The notes: generated by a model from the letters alone, not told the origin. Counted from the stretch's first letter, positions 1 through 12,025 are shown. The stretch is 64,000 nucleotides of DNA from Candidatus Latescibacterota bacterium (GCA_965217585.1 OZ244561.1:2816001-2880000); one strand, 5' to 3'. A program made the numbers and translations.

Positions 1-612
1 ACAGAAAAACCCCAACAGGATCATCCGCTCCTGCTGGGTGTGGTTGGCACCGCTGCCGTGCCACGTCGCGCCGTGGAAGACGACAATATCGCCTTTGTGG
101 ACGTCTAGCTGGATGACGTCGTCGTACTCTTTTTCTGGGTCGGGGGCGTACCCGCGCTTGTAGCTGCTCGGCACGATATGCGTGGCCCCGTTTTCAGACG
201 CGAAGTCGTCGAGTACGTAGATGGTGTTGGCGCAGAGGGGTATGGGTGGCGGCGGCTGGGGAAAGCTGCCGAGTGGAAAGTCGATGTGCAGGCGGCCGGC
301 CGGCGCACCCGGGCCGATGAGATTGACGGTGAAGCTGCTCAAGATGCAGTTGTCGCCGAGCAGGTGTTCCTGGAGCGCGAGTACCTGCGGTAGCTGGATC
401 ATTTCCTCGTAAATGCGGCCCTTGTTGACTAGGTTCCACACTCGCTGCGCGCGGCCGTCGAGGTAGACGTGCTCCCCACTGGCCGCCCGCTCCTCGGCGA
501 TCAACTCGGCTGAGCGATCGCGCAAGGCGTTGGCCTGATCCGCAGTCAACGCCCCTTTGAGTACGGCGTAACCGTATTCGTCGATATGGGCGACGGCATC
601 CTCTTTGGTCAT
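1..612 (-). CDS. Phytanoyl-CoA dioxygenase (PhyH) family Fe(II)/2OG dioxygenase, 3' end outside window
   Basis: Hand translation from ATG at 612: MTKEDAVAHIDEYGYAVLKGAL...LHIDFP...ENGATHIVPSS...GDIVVFHGATWHGSGANHT..R. HxD...H...R motif present. RBS GAGGAG upstream. Not in the ORF track because it runs off the edge. Confidence 0.85.
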   Translation of the reverse strand, partial: MTKEDAVAHIDEYGYAVLKGALTADQANALRDRSAELIAEERAASGEHVYLDGRAQRVWNLVNKGRIYEEMIQLPQVLALQEHLLGDNCILSSFTVNLIGPGAPAGRLHIDFPLGSFPQPPPPIPLCANTIYVLDDFASENGATHIVPSSYKRGYAPDPEKEYDDVIQLDVHKGDIVVFHGATWHGSGANHTQQERMILLGFFC

Positions 613-626
613 CTGCGATCCTCCTC

Positions 627-1382
627 TTATCCCCGACCGACAAACGGCATTTTCGTCGCCATGATGGTCATAAACAGCACGTTGGTGTCCAGCGGCAACT
701 CGGCCATTTGCACTATGGCGCGGGCCACGTGTTCGACGTCAAAGCGCGGCTCGACGAGCTTGGAGCCATCGGCCTGCGGCACGCCGTCGTTCATCCGCTG
801 CGTCATATCGGTGGCCGTGTTGCCGATGTCGATCTGACCGCAGGCGATGTCGTATTTGCGTCCATCGAGCGAGGTCGATTTGGTAAGCCCGGTAATGGCG
901 TGTTTGGTGGAGGTATAAGGGGCGGAATTGGGTCGGGGGGCCGCCGCTGAAACCGAGCCGTTGTTGATGATCCGGCCCCCGCGTGGGTCTTGGTTCTTCA
1001 TAATTCGGAAGGCCGCTTGGGTGCAGAGGAAGGTGCCGGTCAGGTTGACGGCGACGACCTTCTGCCACTGTTCGTATTCGAGGTCTTCCAACAGCATGGC
1101 CGGCGCTCCGGCCCCGGCGTTGTTGAACAGCACGTCGAGCCGGCCAAAGTGCTCTTCGATCTGGGCAAACAGCACGTCAACGGCTTGGGGGTCGCCGACG
1201 TCGGTGGGCACCGGCAACATCCGGGCATCCGTTCCCGCCAGCGCGGCCGTTTCCGCTAGGGCCTCTTGACGCCGTCCTGCTAGGGCAACCGCATAGCCGG
1301 CCTCGGCCAACGCCAAGGCACTGTGACGGCCAATGCCGCTACCAGCGCCCGTGACGAGGGCGACTTTTGCACGTGATTCCAT
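627..1382 (-). CDS. Short-chain dehydrogenase/reductase (SDR)
   Basis: TGAGSGIG Rossmann motif, NNAG, catalytic YTSTK; 251 aa. Confidence 0.93.
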   Translation of the reverse strand: MESRAKVALVTGAGSGIGRHSALALAEAGYAVALAGRRQEALAETAALAGTDARMLPVPTDVGDPQAVDVLFAQIEEHFGRLDVLFNNAGAGAPAMLLEDLEYEQWQKVVAVNLTGTFLCTQAAFRIMKNQDPRGGRIINNGSVSAAAPRPNSAPYTSTKHAITGLTKSTSLDGRKYDIACGQIDIGNTATDMTQRMNDGVPQADGSKLVEPRFDVEHVARAIVQMAELPLDTNVLFMTIMATKMPFVGRG

Positions 1383-1412
1383 CTATCGTCTCCTTGAATT
1401 TGAATGGTGATT

Positions 1413-3599
1413 CTAGGCAATGCGGCGGGCGGCCTTCACCTCTCGGTGCCGCTTGTGCAACACGTTTTCTGTATATCCGTTCGGTTCGGTGCGACCGTTG
1501 AACACTAGGTCTAGCGCGGCTTGGAATTCGACGCTGGCGTCGAAGTCGGGTGCCATGGGGCAGTACGCTGGATCGCCGCTGTTTTGCGCATCGACCACGG
1601 CCGCCATTCGCGCAAACGTCGCCCGCACCTGCTCCTCACTGGCGATCCGGTGGTGCAGCCAGTTGGCGATATGCTGGCTCGATATCCGCAAGGTGGCGCG
1701 GTCTTCCATCAGGCCGATGTGGTTGATGTCCGGCACCTTGGAGCAGCCAATGCCCTGGCCGACCCAGCGCACCACGTAGCCGAGGATGCCTTGGACATTG
1801 TTGTCCAGCTCCTGCTGAATAGCCTCCGCACTCAGTGAGCGGTCCAGCATCGGCGGACGCAAGATGTCCCCCAAATGGCCCCAGCCCCGGCCCGCTAGCT
1901 CGTCTAAGCGCTCAAAGACATCGACTTGGTGGTAGTGCAGCGCGTGCAGGGTGGCCGCCGTGGGCGAGGGCACCCAAGCGGTGGTCGCCCCTGCTTGGGG
2001 GTGGCCTATCTTGGTCTCTACCATCTCGCGCATCCGCTCGGGCATCGTCCACATTCCCTTGCCGATCTGCGCCCGTCCCACCAAGCCGGTTGCGATCCCG
2101 ACGTCCACATTCCAGGCCTCATACGCGCGGAGCCAGGGTTGCTCCTTGATTTCCATCTTGGGCAACATGGCCCCCAACTCCATGCTGGTGTGGATCTCGT
2201 CCCCGGTCCGGTCGAGAAAGCCCGTATTGATAAAGACCAGTCGCTCGGTCGCTTGGCGGATGCACTCGACGAGATTGACCGTCGTGCGGCGCTCCTCGTC
2301 CATGATGCCGATTTTCAGCGTATTGCGCGCCAGTCCCAGCGCCTCTTCGACTCGCCCAAACAGCTCGACGGTTGCGGCGACCTCGTCCGGCCCGTGCATT
2401 TTGGGCTTTACCACATAGATGCTGCCGGTCTTGCTGTTGCGGTATCGGCCCTGGCCCTTGAGGTCGTGGATTGCCGCTAGGCTGAGGACCATGGCGTCGA
2501 GGAACCCTTCGGGGATTTCCGCGCCCGCCGCCGTGGTCACCGCGTCCGTGTACATGTGGAGACCCACGTGGCGCACCAGCAACAAGCTGCGCCCCGGCAG
2601 CACAAGACTGCTGCCGTCTGGGGCCGTAAATGCGCGGTCCGCGTTGAGTCGGCGCGTCTGGGTTTGACCGCCTTTGACAAAGGTCGCCTCCAGCGTCCCT
2701 CGCATCAGGCCGTTCCAGTTGCCGTACACCAGCGCCTTGTCCTCGGCATCTACTGCCGCCACCGAGTCCTCGCAGTCTTGGATGGTGGTGATCGCCGCCT
2801 CTAAGACCACGTCTTTAACACCAGCGGGGTGGGCTTGGCCAATGGGGTGGGTGCGGTCGATCTGGATCTCGATGTGCAGGCTGTTGTGCCGCAGCAACGC
2901 ACTCCGCAATTGGCCGCCTTCCTCGCGATAGCCGACAAATTGCCTCTCGTCGGCCAAGCCGACCTCGTCGCCGTCGGCGAGGCGAGCGCACAGCGCCCGG
3001 CGGCCAGCCGTCTCGCGCAAGCCAAACTCCACCACCTGCGCGTAGGTGGTGCGCTCCAGCCCGATCGCTTGGTCGAGAAACGCCTCGCTGCGGGCGATGA
3101 CTTGGGCACCGCGCGCAGCGTCGTACTCCGCGCTTGCCTCGCCGGGAATTGCATCCGTGCCGTAGAGCGCGTCGTACAAACTCCCCCAGCGCGCATTTGC
3201 CGCGTTGAGCGCATAGCGCGCGTTATCCACAGGGACCACCAATTGCGGCCCGGCGATGGTGGCAATTTCTGGATCGACGTTTTCCGGGCGGACTTGGCAC
3301 GGCTCCCCTTCCGGCAGCAAATACCCGATCTCCGCGAGAAAGGCATGATAGGCCGCCGCGTCCAATGGCTCGCCACGCCGCGCCCGATGCCAGTCGTCAA
3401 TCTGTGCTTGGTAGGCGTCTCGCCGCTGTAACAGCGCGCGGTTTTGCGGGGCCAAGTCCTCCACAATGCGGCCCAGCGAGGCCCAAAAATGATCGACGGA
3501 CACGCCGGTTCCCGGCGCGATCTGCTCGGCAACCAGTGAGTATATCCGCTCGTCGATGTGCAAGCCGCCACTGGCGACTCTTTCTTGTAGGTCTGTCAC
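1413..3599 (-). CDS. glcB: Malate synthase G
   Basis: [66 protein letters not shown]. Probable GTG start at 3599 gives 728 aa; the ORF-track extension to 4139 overlaps the cupin gene. Confidence 0.95.
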   Translation of the reverse strand: MTDLQERVASGGLHIDERIYSLVAEQIAPGTGVSVDHFWASLGRIVEDLAPQNRALLQRRDAYQAQIDDWHRARRGEPLDAAAYHAFLAEIGYLLPEGEPCQVRPENVDPEIATIAGPQLVVPVDNARYALNAANARWGSLYDALYGTDAIPGEASAEYDAARGAQVIARSEAFLDQAIGLERTTYAQVVEFGLRETAGRRALCARLADGDEVGLADERQFVGYREEGGQLRSALLRHNSLHIEIQIDRTHPIGQAHPAGVKDVVLEAAITTIQDCEDSVAAVDAEDKALVYGNWNGLMRGTLEATFVKGGQTQTRRLNADRAFTAPDGSSLVLPGRSLLLVRHVGLHMYTDAVTTAAGAEIPEGFLDAMVLSLAAIHDLKGQGRYRNSKTGSIYVVKPKMHGPDEVAATVELFGRVEEALGLARNTLKIGIMDEERRTTVNLVECIRQATERLVFINTGFLDRTGDEIHTSMELGAMLPKMEIKEQPWLRAYEAWNVDVGIATGLVGRAQIGKGMWTMPERMREMVETKIGHPQAGATTAWVPSPTAATLHALHYHQVDVFERLDELAGRGWGHLGDILRPPMLDRSLSAEAIQQELDNNVQGILGYVVRWVGQGIGCSKVPDINHIGLMEDRATLRISSQHIANWLHHRIASEEQVRATFARMAAVVDAQNSGDPAYCPMAPDFDASVEFQAALDLVFNGRTEPNGYTENVLHKRHREVKAARRIA

Positions 3600-3607
3600 T
3601 GCGCGTC

Positions 3608-3973
3608 CTACCCTGCGACTTGGGCACTGATGATCAAGTGCTCGACCCAATCGTCTCCAGCGTTGCAAAGCTGGTGCTTGACCTTCGGCGGAATGTGTAC
3701 CGCATCTCCCTCGCGCACCTCGTATATCTCCCCGTCGATCTTCATCCGTCCCTTGCCGCTGAGGAAGTAGTACACCTGCTCGGTGGCCTCGTGCTCGTGG
3801 TAATCGCCTTCCAGCCCCCCTTGCAGGCGATGCAGCGTCAGTCCAGAAAACCCCTCGAGTACTGCCTTGTCCGCGCTTAGACCCTCGGCGCTTTGGGCGC
3901 GGAAGATCGACCAGATCAGCTTGGATTGATGCCCGACGACGGGCGTGACGTTGCGCCAATTGCGAATGACCAA
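3608..3973 (-). CDS. Cupin domain protein
   Basis: [17 protein letters not shown]...[14 protein letters not shown] cupin motifs 1 and 2. Confidence 0.85.
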   Translation of the reverse strand: MVIRNWRNVTPVVGHQSKLIWSIFRAQSAEGLSADKAVLEGFSGLTLHRLQGGLEGDYHEHEATEQVYYFLSGKGRMKIDGEIYEVREGDAVHIPPKVKHQLCNAGDDWVEHLIISAQVAG

Positions 3974-4137
3974 AATGCCCTCCTCGCGTTTTAAATCGTG
4001 TTGGGGAAATTCGTCGGCTTAACATACCAAACGGCGGGCGGCAAGCAAAGCGCACCCTGCCGCCGCCGCGCCGTTTGGTTAGATTTGTCCCCAAGTGCTT
4101 ATACAAACAAAAGACAACACCATTGGAGGAGGAGACC

Positions 4138-5049
4138 ATGCACTACGACAAATGCCAACGCACCTTTGACTGCGCGCCGACGCTCACTGATTCTCAAGTC
4201 CTCGAATTCTGCCGCGAGGGCCATCTTTTGCTCAAAGGCGTCGTGTCCGACGAGATCAACCAGCGCACCTGTGCTTGGCTCGACGGCGATATTCCAGCCA
4301 ACCCGAGCTACATCCCCGACGGCCGGACTGGGGCCGACCTCGACCGCATCCGCTTTACCCACGAGCCGAGTTCCATCTTCTTGGAGGACTGGTTCGTCGA
4401 GCACGTCCTGCTCAACCCCCAGTTAGCCGGTGCCATGCGCTCGCTTTTAGGCCCTAACATCGGCCTGCCGATCATAGCCAGCCACCACCGGGTCGAATGC
4501 CCAATGGAACCCCAGGGCTGGCACCAAGACGCCGACCACATCTATGGCCCGGAGCTTCGCTTTTTGGAGGTCTTCTACTTTCCGCAAGACACGCCCGTGG
4601 AACTGGGGCCGACCGAGTTGGTGCCTGGCTCGCACATCCAACCTGGTCGCCGCGACAGCGAAGAAGGGGGCGTGTTTTGCGACGGCCCGGCCGGCACCCT
4701 TGGGATCCACCACCAGAGCATCATGCACCGCCGCGGTAAGTCCACCGCCAAGGGTCTGCGCCGGATGCTCAAGTACAATTACTGGCGCACGGCACCCCCT
4801 CAGCGCGATTGGATCGTCGAGGAGGACTTCGATTTCCAGCGCGCGTATTACGGCGGGCACGGCACGGCGCGCTACTATGCGCACATGTTCTATTGGCTCT
4901 GTGGCAAGGGGGACCAGTTCCGCATCATCGGCGGTCAGGCTTGGCCTTGGCAGACCGCAAACCAGATCGGGCCGTCGTATGGCTTTGACGCCGAGGAAGG
5001 CTACCAGCCCAATTGGCGGCGGGACAATCCCGATGGATATGCGCGTTGA
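4138..5049 (+). CDS. PhyH-family dioxygenase
   Basis: [18 protein letters not shown]; RBS GGAGGAGG before ATG 4138. Confidence 0.8.
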   Translation: MHYDKCQRTFDCAPTLTDSQVLEFCREGHLLLKGVVSDEINQRTCAWLDGDIPANPSYIPDGRTGADLDRIRFTHEPSSIFLEDWFVEHVLLNPQLAGAMRSLLGPNIGLPIIASHHRVECPMEPQGWHQDADHIYGPELRFLEVFYFPQDTPVELGPTELVPGSHIQPGRRDSEEGGVFCDGPAGTLGIHHQSIMHRRGKSTAKGLRRMLKYNYWRTAPPQRDWIVEEDFDFQRAYYGGHGTARYYAHMFYWLCGKGDQFRIIGGQAWPWQTANQIGPSYGFDAEEGYQPNWRRDNPDGYAR

Positions 5050-5129
5050 TTGGTTGGATGGGTGGCACAAAAACACTTGTCACTAACCGCCGCAGGAAGT
5101 CAGATTGAAAGCATTCGATGGAGTAAGGC

Positions 5130-5222
5130 ATGAGTAAAATTGGCGGCGAGATTATAGACGGGTTACGCGATGCACTGGAGTATGCAAAAGGTGAGACGAA
5201 GGACAACAAGGAGCATCGCGTC
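5130..5222 (+). pseudogene. 5' remnant of a HigA-like/XRE antitoxin gene
   Basis: [31 protein letters not shown] resembles the N-terminus of HigA-like regulators; it has no HTH and runs into the hsdR 3' end. Confidence 0.45.
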
Positions 5223-8200
5223 AGGAACTGGCAGCGATTACCTCCACCAGTTCCGCCACGACTGCCACCTCACCCTCATCGGCGCACGTGAGGACGATGG
5301 GCTCAAACTCGGGATTGGTCGGCTTCAGCGTGATCTTGGCGTGCTGCCATGAGTCACCGTTCTGGATCTTCTTGCTTTCGTATCGCTTGAGGGTGTACCG
5401 CGCCCCGGTTTCGGGGTCGATAGCGTCGTGGAGTTGAACCAATACCGTCTTACCCTGGCGTGTGCCCTCTACGGGAGCGCGGAACAAACCATGTGCTCCG
5501 TCGGGGACCGTGGGTTCCATTGAGCGGCCCACGATCTGTGCGACGAACATCCCCGGTCGCAAGCGGTGTGTAGAATCCACTTCGACCCACTCCCACTCCT
5601 CCTCGGCTGCCACGTTCTGGGGATTGCCGAACTCGCCGGCCGCGATAGCAAGCGGCACGAGCGGGACGCAGGTGACGTAACGCTCGTCGGGCTTGGCGGC
5701 GACGATGCGCAAAGCAGGAGGCTGGGCCGCGTCAAGTTGAGTGGTGGCTGAGACCTCATCCCCATCTCGAAGCCGCTGGTACGCCTGAGACGCTAGCCAC
5801 TCACTCACTAACTGTTGGAACGGTTGGTCGTTCATGTAGCGGACGAAAATCTCCTCGTTCTGGTCCATGCGCTCAACGAAGAGTCGTTCCAGAAGATTCC
5901 TGAACACCAACTCGAACTTGTCCTCCGGGTTCACTGCGGCTGCTTGGCGCAGTCCATCGTCGCTCATGGCCGCCTCGACGATCTGATCAAAAAAGAGCTG
6001 GTCGGCCTGATTGAAGTCGGTACCGAAGCGTTCGTTGACAACGTCAATGAGCTGCGAAAGCGGCACCGACTCCTCGTGTACAGCGCCGCTGCCGACCTCA
6101 GTCGGCCCATCCAAGGCGTGAGCATCATCCCCCGCGAGGGAGATCGAGCCTTCACTGATCTTCTGTAGGCGGTAGTACTCAAGCCGCACCTCGTCATCGA
6201 ATTGATATGCAGGACCGCTCCGCCGCCGTGGTAGCTTTGCCGCCAGATGGCGCAGGAATACGTACAGGCGTTCAAGGTCCGAATCCTGGTACGGGATGAC
6301 TTGGCTCAGGAAGCCGTAGAGATTGCGAAAGGCTTGGACCTTTCCGCGCCAGAGTTCTGCTTCGTCCTCGTCATCTTTCTGCAGGACGATAAAGCGCGAT
6401 ATCGCGGGATCGAGCGCGGCGTGCATCGCTTGGTGATCTTGGACGCTCTGACGCTGTTTTGGCTTGAAGTAAACTTCACAGAACCGCTCAACCTCTTCAT
6501 CGAGATAGATCCCGGACGCGTCGAGTTCTCCCTTGACCGAGTACATTCGGGCGGGATCGACCTCCGCTCCCATCTCCGCCCCTTCGTAATAGACCTTGAA
6601 TGCCTCGCGGATTTCTTCAGGGTCGTTTACAAAGTCGAGAACGAAAGTGTCCTCCTTAAGCCGGTGGGTGCGGTTCAGGCGGGAGAGCGTCTGGACCGCT
6701 TGGATGCCGGCGAGCCGCTTGTCCACGTACATCGTGTGCAGGAGCGGCTGATCGAACCCGGTCTGGTATTTCTCCGCGACCAGCAACACCTGATACTCTG
6801 GAGTTGCGAACTTCTCTGGAAGCTCCTTCTCCCGGATGCCCAGGTTCATCTTCTCCTCGGTGTAAGACTCGTTCGGAAGCTGGTCGTCTCGAACTTCTCC
6901 CGAGAAGGCTACCAGTGTTTTTATTGCGTATTGCTTCTTTTGGATGTAGCGATCAAAGCTCTGCTTGTATCGCACCGCCTCAAGCCGGGAACTGGTGACG
7001 ACCATCGCTTTGGCGCGGCCACCGATCTTGTGGCGCGTGACGGCGTGGAAGTGCTCGACCATTACCTCGGTCTTCTGCGCGATGTTGTGGGGGTGCAGGC
7101 GCAGAAAACGCGCCAGCGCCAGCGCCGCTTTCTTCCGCTCGACGTTTGGATCGTCTTGGCAGGCCTTAAGCAATTTGAAGTAGATCGCATACGTGGTGTA
7201 GTGCTTGAGCACGTCGAGAATGAACCCTTCCTCGATTGCCTGACGCATTGTGTAGCGATGGCCCGGCTCTCCATCTTGGCCGAACACGGCAAGCGTCTTG
7301 TGTTTGGGCGTAGCTGTAAAGGCGAAGAAACTCAGGTTCGCTTGCCGGCCACGCTTGGCCATGCTGCGGAACAGTTCCTCTTGATCTTCGCGGCCTTCCT
7401 CCTCCGCACGTTTCCGAGCTTCCTCCAGCAGATCTTCGCCTCCGAGAACCTCTTTGAGATCCGTCGATGCTTCCCCTCCCTGCGAGCTGTGCGCTTCGTC
7501 GATGATAACGGCGCAACGTCGGGTAGGCAGTACGCCTGTCCCCTCAACGCCCTGCTCCTCGGCCATCTTGAGTAATTGCTGCGACACAAAGGGGAACTTC
7601 TGTAGCGTGGTGATGATAATTGGGACGGCGTTCTCTAAAGCCTCGGCAAGCTGTCGGGAACGCTCGTCGATCTTCTGCACGACACCGAGCTTGTGCTCGA
7701 ACTGGTAGATCGTGTCTTGCAGTTGCTGGTCCAGCACGACGCGATCGGTCACCACGATCACGCTGTCGAAGACGCGCTCGTTTGCCTCGTTGTGCAGGGA
7801 AGCGAGTCGGTGCGCGAGCCAGCCGATCGTATTGCTTTTGCCGCTGCCCGCCGAATGCTCAATGAGGTAGTTGTTGCCGACGCCCTCGCAGCGAGCCTTC
7901 TGCACCAGTAGCCGGACGGCATCAAGCTGGTGGTAGCGCGGGAAGATCATCGTTTCGGCCTTCACCTTGCGGCCGCGGTCGTCGCGCTTCTCTTCGATCT
8001 GCAAGTGGATAAACCGGGCGAGCACATCGAGCAGGCTGTCCCGGGCGAGTACTTCCTCCCAGAGGTAGGCCGTCCGGTAGCTACGGCCCGCCGGATCGTG
8101 CGGATTCCCGGCACCGCCTTCACATCCCTTGTCGAAGGGCAGGAAGTAGGTCGCGTCGCCGGCTAGGCGCGTGGTCATACGCACGCATTCGGTATCGACG

Positions 8201-8778
8201 GCAAAATGGACAAGCGTGCGGCGTTTAAACTCGAAGATCAGCTCTCGGGGGTCGCGGTCTCGCCGATACTGGAGGATCGCATTCTCTACCGTCTGCCCGG
8301 TGAGCGGGTTTTTGAGCTCCATTGTGGCGATGGGGATGCCGTTCAGGCTCAGGGTTATGTCGAGCGATTTCTCCAATTGGGGCGAAAAACGAAGTTGGCG
8401 GGTGAGTCCGAGTCGGTTAGCTGCGTAGCGGGCTTCGAGGTCTGGGTTCAGTTCGTGGGCCGCCTTGAAAAATGCTGCGTGGAGCGTCCGCCCGTAGCAC
8501 TTGAAGCCGTGGCGCAGGGTTGCGAGCGAGCCATTGGCGTCCATCCACTTGCACAGGTCCGTGAGAATCTGCTCGCCGGTTTGTTCGCCGTGAAGGGCTT
8601 CTAGCTTGGCCCATTCCACGGGCTGGGTTTCGCGGATGAAAGCGAGGACGGTGTCGGGAAAGATAGCGCGGTCGCGATCGAAGCCGTCTCCAGCAATGGA
8701 GATGTAGCCGTTCTGAAGCAGGTGTGCTTCGATGACGGTCTCGAAGGCGGCTTCGGAATGCCTGTTGTCACTCGGCAA
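5221..8778 (-). CDS. hsdR: Type I restriction endonuclease subunit R with C-terminal S24/LexA-like domain
   Basis: [14 protein letters not shown] nuclease motif, HSAGSGKS Walker [26 protein letters not shown]; C-terminal AAG...GRSMEP...TLKRY. Confidence 0.93.
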   Translation of the reverse strand: MPSDNRHSEAAFETVIEAHLLQNGYISIAGDGFDRDRAIFPDTVLAFIRETQPVEWAKLEALHGEQTGEQILTDLCKWMDANGSLATLRHGFKCYGRTLHAAFFKAAHELNPDLEARYAANRLGLTRQLRFSPQLEKSLDITLSLNGIPIATMELKNPLTGQTVENAILQYRRDRDPRELIFEFKRRTLVHFAVDTECVRMTTRLAGDATYFLPFDKGCEGGAGNPHDPAGRSYRTAYLWEEVLARDSLLDVLARFIHLQIEEKRDDRGRKVKAETMIFPRYHQLDAVRLLVQKARCEGVGNNYLIEHSAGSGKSNTIGWLAHRLASLHNEANERVFDSVIVVTDRVVLDQQLQDTIYQFEHKLGVVQKIDERSRQLAEALENAVPIIITTLQKFPFVSQQLLKMAEEQGVEGTGVLPTRRCAVIIDEAHSSQGGEASTDLKEVLGGEDLLEEARKRAEEEGREDQEELFRSMAKRGRQANLSFFAFTATPKHKTLAVFGQDGEPGHRYTMRQAIEEGFILDVLKHYTTYAIYFKLLKACQDDPNVERKKAALALARFLRLHPHNIAQKTEVMVEHFHAVTRHKIGGRAKAMVVTSSRLEAVRYKQSFDRYIQKKQYAIKTLVAFSGEVRDDQLPNESYTEEKMNLGIREKELPEKFATPEYQVLLVAEKYQTGFDQPLLHTMYVDKRLAGIQAVQTLSRLNRTHRLKEDTFVLDFVNDPEEIREAFKVYYEGAEMGAEVDPARMYSVKGELDASGIYLDEEVERFCEVYFKPKQRQSVQDHQAMHAALDPAISRFIVLQKDDEDEAELWRGKVQAFRNLYGFLSQVIPYQDSDLERLYVFLRHLAAKLPRRRSGPAYQFDDEVRLEYYRLQKISEGSISLAGDDAHALDGPTEVGSGAVHEESVPLSQLIDVVNERFGTDFNQADQLFFDQIVEAAMSDDGLRQAAAVNPEDKFELVFRNLLERLFVERMDQNEEIFVRYMNDQPFQQLVSEWLASQAYQRLRDGDEVSATTQLDAAQPPALRIVAAKPDERYVTCVPLVPLAIAAGEFGNPQNVAAEEEWEWVEVDSTHRLRPGMFVAQIVGRSMEPTVPDGAHGLFRAPVEGTRQGKTVLVQLHDAIDPETGARYTLKRYESKKIQNGDSWQHAKITLKPTNPEFEPIVLTCADEGEVAVVAELVEVIAASS

Positions 8779-8811
8779 GTTATCTGTTCCTCCGCGCGTA
8801 TCTCCTGCGCT

Positions 8812-9492
8812 TTACTGAGGTTTAGTGAGGGTTGCCATATGCTCTTCTAGAGCTGATCGTAGTGCAACGCAGAACACGTAGAAGAGACTATTCCCGTTAC
8901 GGTTGCAAATCGAGTTTCGTGCACGCTGCGCGTCAGCATAAGACATTGGGTTATCACCCGTCGGTCCGTAGATGAACTCCTCAATGAAGAGCTTTCGTTC
9001 CTCGGTAAGACTCCTATGATCGAGACCGAGGACCTCAATCGTGGTTATGGCTTCGGTTCGATTGTTAACTGCCTCAATCTCACCATTAAGCTTGAATCGA
9101 AAGACCTGTTCGCAAGTAGGCTGAAGCGGAGACACGAATTCGGCACCATCGTTATCCCACCAACAATCCTTAAGCCGTGCGCCATAGCGAGGCTGTCCTT
9201 TCACATCGTCTCGTGGGAAACACGCTACCAGATTGGTGTAGTCCAAATCAGATCCATGCAGGTCCTCCCGGCAGCGACTCCGTGGCTTGATATGTTCCAC
9301 ATGCGATGAATTCTTGTCGATTCGACGCATCGTATAGGCACACAACCCGCCTTGGTCTGCAATCATAGCCACCAATATTAGCTCCTTATGGGCCGAAAAC
9401 ACCTCGCGCCAATCAGACTTGTTCGTTCCCGCAACTTCAGCACACCACTCGGAATAAGAGTGCGGGCATCCGGTTTTCTGGATGTACTTCAT
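8812..9492 (-). CDS. HNH endonuclease, PtuB/TIGR02646-like
   Basis: MKYIQK start, QGGLCAYT, HVEHIKPRS, LDYTNLVAC; ATGA overlap with the upstream ATPase. Confidence 0.8.
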   Translation of the reverse strand: MKYIQKTGCPHSYSEWCAEVAGTNKSDWREVFSAHKELILVAMIADQGGLCAYTMRRIDKNSSHVEHIKPRSRCREDLHGSDLDYTNLVACFPRDDVKGQPRYGARLKDCWWDNDGAEFVSPLQPTCEQVFRFKLNGEIEAVNNRTEAITTIEVLGLDHRSLTEERKLFIEEFIYGPTGDNPMSYADAQRARNSICNRNGNSLFYVFCVALRSALEEHMATLTKPQ

Positions 9493-10742
9493 TCGGCCAA
9501 AATCTCCAGTCGAGCTATGCGCGCTTCAAGAACGGACCACTCTGGTAGGTCAAGCCCGTTCTCCTTAGCCTCTGAGATCACGGCACGTGCTTTCTCGAAG
9601 GTTCCTTCCCCAATTAAGCTCTCAACAGATTGAATGGCTGCCATAGCAGCCTCGGGTCGGTCATCGGCCTCCATGAGGTGGCGTAGGATCCAGTTTGAAT
9701 CCATCCCAAGGCTGCGGTCCGGACGGATGATTCCACTAGGATCCAAGAGGTGAACCTGATCGGGCTCGACGGACGCCACGACCTGCGGCGAGTGAGTTGT
9801 CGCGATGAACTGGCAGCGCGGAAAAGTGGTGGTCAGGTTGTGAATGATCTGGCGCTGCCATTTGGGGTGTAGATGCAGGTCAAGCTCGTCAATCAGGACG
9901 ACCGCTTCGGCTTCGGAGGCTGGGTCGGTGAAATTGGGGTTGGCCTGAGCAAATCGCCGGGTCAGGTCCAATATGAAGGCCAGTATCCCTCGTTCGCCAT
10001 CCGAGAGTTGCTGGACAGGAATTGTCGTGGAGTCCCGATCGATCAAGATCTGCGGGTTATCCTCACCTCCCAGCCGCAGATTCGCGTAGCCTGGAAGGAA
10101 GCGCCTCACGGCATCCTCGCAGGCGGCCAGCTTGTGGCCGACTGCTGGATCCTCGTTGCGCATGGATTCTTGGCGCTTCAGCCAATCACCGAAATCGACG
10201 AGCCGAAGCTCGCGCTCCAAGAAAGCATCCGCGAACGCCGTTTCTACACCTCCGGCAGCGAGACCCTTTCGCGGACCCCGCTTAGACGGGATGGCTCGGT
10301 TGGTCGAGAAAAGCACTGCAAGAGGTCGCCCGTCAGGCTCGTGGTCGGATACCGGTAGCGGCGGATCACCGATGAAATCCGCCACTTCCGGCGTATTGTG
10401 AACCTGCTCCCGAGGCATTCCCGCCTTCGCCTTCTGCGGAACACTCGTCTCACGTGGTTTGTGGAGGAGGTAACTGTGCGCTCGCTTGCCAATCCGAACA
10501 TCGCATTCGACGATCATATCTTTGGCTCCGATACGGATGTCGTCGACGGAGAACGCTTCGACCCGGCCTCGGAGCTTGTTTGCCTGTTTCACCGCCGCCG
10601 ACAGGCAAACGCACAGTGCATCTAGAACGCTCGTCTTCCCGACTCCGTTAACCCCGACGATCAGGTTGAATCCCGGCTGGAATCGAAATTCGGCGTTCTC
10701 AATTGCGCGGAGGTTGACGAGCTTCAGCGAGGTAATTTCCAT
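9489..10742 (-). CDS. ABC/AAA ATPase, PtuA-like
   Basis: GVNGVGKTS Walker A, LSDGER signature, VVLIDELDLHLHPKWQ, TTHSP. Confidence 0.85.
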   Translation of the reverse strand: MEITSLKLVNLRAIENAEFRFQPGFNLIVGVNGVGKTSVLDALCVCLSAAVKQANKLRGRVEAFSVDDIRIGAKDMIVECDVRIGKRAHSYLLHKPRETSVPQKAKAGMPREQVHNTPEVADFIGDPPLPVSDHEPDGRPLAVLFSTNRAIPSKRGPRKGLAAGGVETAFADAFLERELRLVDFGDWLKRQESMRNEDPAVGHKLAACEDAVRRFLPGYANLRLGGEDNPQILIDRDSTTIPVQQLSDGERGILAFILDLTRRFAQANPNFTDPASEAEAVVLIDELDLHLHPKWQRQIIHNLTTTFPRCQFIATTHSPQVVASVEPDQVHLLDPSGIIRPDRSLGMDSNWILRHLMEADDRPEAAMAAIQSVESLIGEGTFEKARAVISEAKENGLDLPEWSVLEARIARLEILAE

Positions 10743-12025
10743 GCCATTTGCTCCATGTCAATTTGGCCTGTAACTGCCGCTGAGATGAGTGCCGCTCGGC
10801 GCTCTTTGAGCAACACCGTGGTCCTTTCCGTAGCGTCGCGCAGCCCGTCCAACTTGCAGGTCTCATTCTCTATGTGGGCAACGATTTCGCGCTGCTCACT
10901 GAGCGGGGGTACAGGGAGTGAGACCGCGAAGAAGCCTTCTGGATAGAGGCGCAACCGGGATGACCACACACCCTTTGAGTATCTCGTTACCTCTTGAGCG
11001 AACGCCGACAAACGCACCAAGGCGTCGACATAACTCGGATCGAGGTGCGCTATAGGCTCATAGACGTTATAGGCCGGACTAACGATACCGTCTAAGGACG
11101 ACACACCCATCGCGCCCATCCATGCCCACATTGTATTGATTACGAGATCGCCCGAGAGGCAGATTTTGTATCCCTCTTTTGTCGCCGCCTCGAACATGTT
11201 GACGTCCTTTTCTGAACGAAGAGTCACGCCAGTGAGGTGCGACACAGTGAGGAGATCTTCTTCTCCCGTATCGGAACGTTCATCGCGTTCCCTGAACAAC
11301 CATCTTGCGCGTTCAGTTTCCCAATGCGCTGGAATTTCGCCAAGCCAAGGAATGCCGGAGTCACGGAGCGGGACGTTTGGGTTGATCCCACGGGAGACGG
11401 CGCGGGTGATGAGCGCTCGGCGCTTCTCGGCCAGAAACCTAAGCAGCCGCTCCTTCTCCGTCACCAGTGCATCCAGCCGCGCCGTCTCCCGGTCGAGGTA
11501 GTCGGCGATGGCGTGCTGTTTTGAAAGCGGCGGCACCGGCAACCTGACAGCCCCTATCTCAGATCTCGCTAGCCCAAAGCGAGTTACTCCATTCGCAGCA
11601 AGTTCCAGTTGCGTACATATCGGTTTTGCTTGGAGGCATCGGAGCAGGAATTCGCCTGCCAACTGGTGGCGGCGGGGACGAAGAAGCGCGAGGTGATAAC
11701 CGCATACAAGGTCGTCGGCTGTTTCCCGAACAAGCGCGGGGACACCTATATCATCCCATGATTCTGAATCCTTCGTGATGACAACATCGCCGATTTGTAA
11801 GCCGAACTTCTTGATTTCGTCCTCGGTTGCTGTTGCCTGCATGAAGTCGAGGCTCAAAAAAATAAAATCGTTGTTGTAAACGTCCGTGTAATTGCACAAT
11901 CGAACCGGTATTTCGTGGTCAACCGACAATTTATCGACGTTGCTCACCACATAATCAGTCGTTGCCCGGAGCGGCTGCACCTGCCACGACTCAGGCAGTG
12001 AGTTGACCCAGGCGAGGTGGCTCAC
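10724..12025 (-). CDS. hsdS: Type I RM specificity subunit
   Basis: Two TRDs, PPLSKQ/PPLSEQ conserved repeats, DSGIPWLGEIPAHW, ALISAAVTGQID. Confidence 0.93.
   Translation of the reverse strand: MSHLAWVNSLPESWQVQPLRATTDYVVSNVDKLSVDHEIPVRLCNYTDVYNNDFIFLSLDFMQATATEDEIKKFGLQIGDVVITKDSESWDDIGVPALVRETADDLVCGYHLALLRPRRHQLAGEFLLRCLQAKPICTQLELAANGVTRFGLARSEIGAVRLPVPPLSKQHAIADYLDRETARLDALVTEKERLLRFLAEKRRALITRAVSRGINPNVPLRDSGIPWLGEIPAHWETERARWLFRERDERSDTGEEDLLTVSHLTGVTLRSEKDVNMFEAATKEGYKICLSGDLVINTMWAWMGAMGVSSLDGIVSPAYNVYEPIAHLDPSYVDALVRLSAFAQEVTRYSKGVWSSRLRLYPEGFFAVSLPVPPLSEQREIVAHIENETCKLDGLRDATERTTVLLKERRAALISAAVTGQIDMEQMAWKLPR

Noticed and set aside
3600-4139. N-terminal 180-aa extension of malate synthase in the ORF track
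   Set aside because: It overlaps the cupin gene and the divergent promoter; glcB homology begins at about 3599.
10724-12025. Phase-variable (shufflon) hsdS
   Set aside because: Single hsdS; no recombinase, silent TRDs or simple-sequence tract seen.
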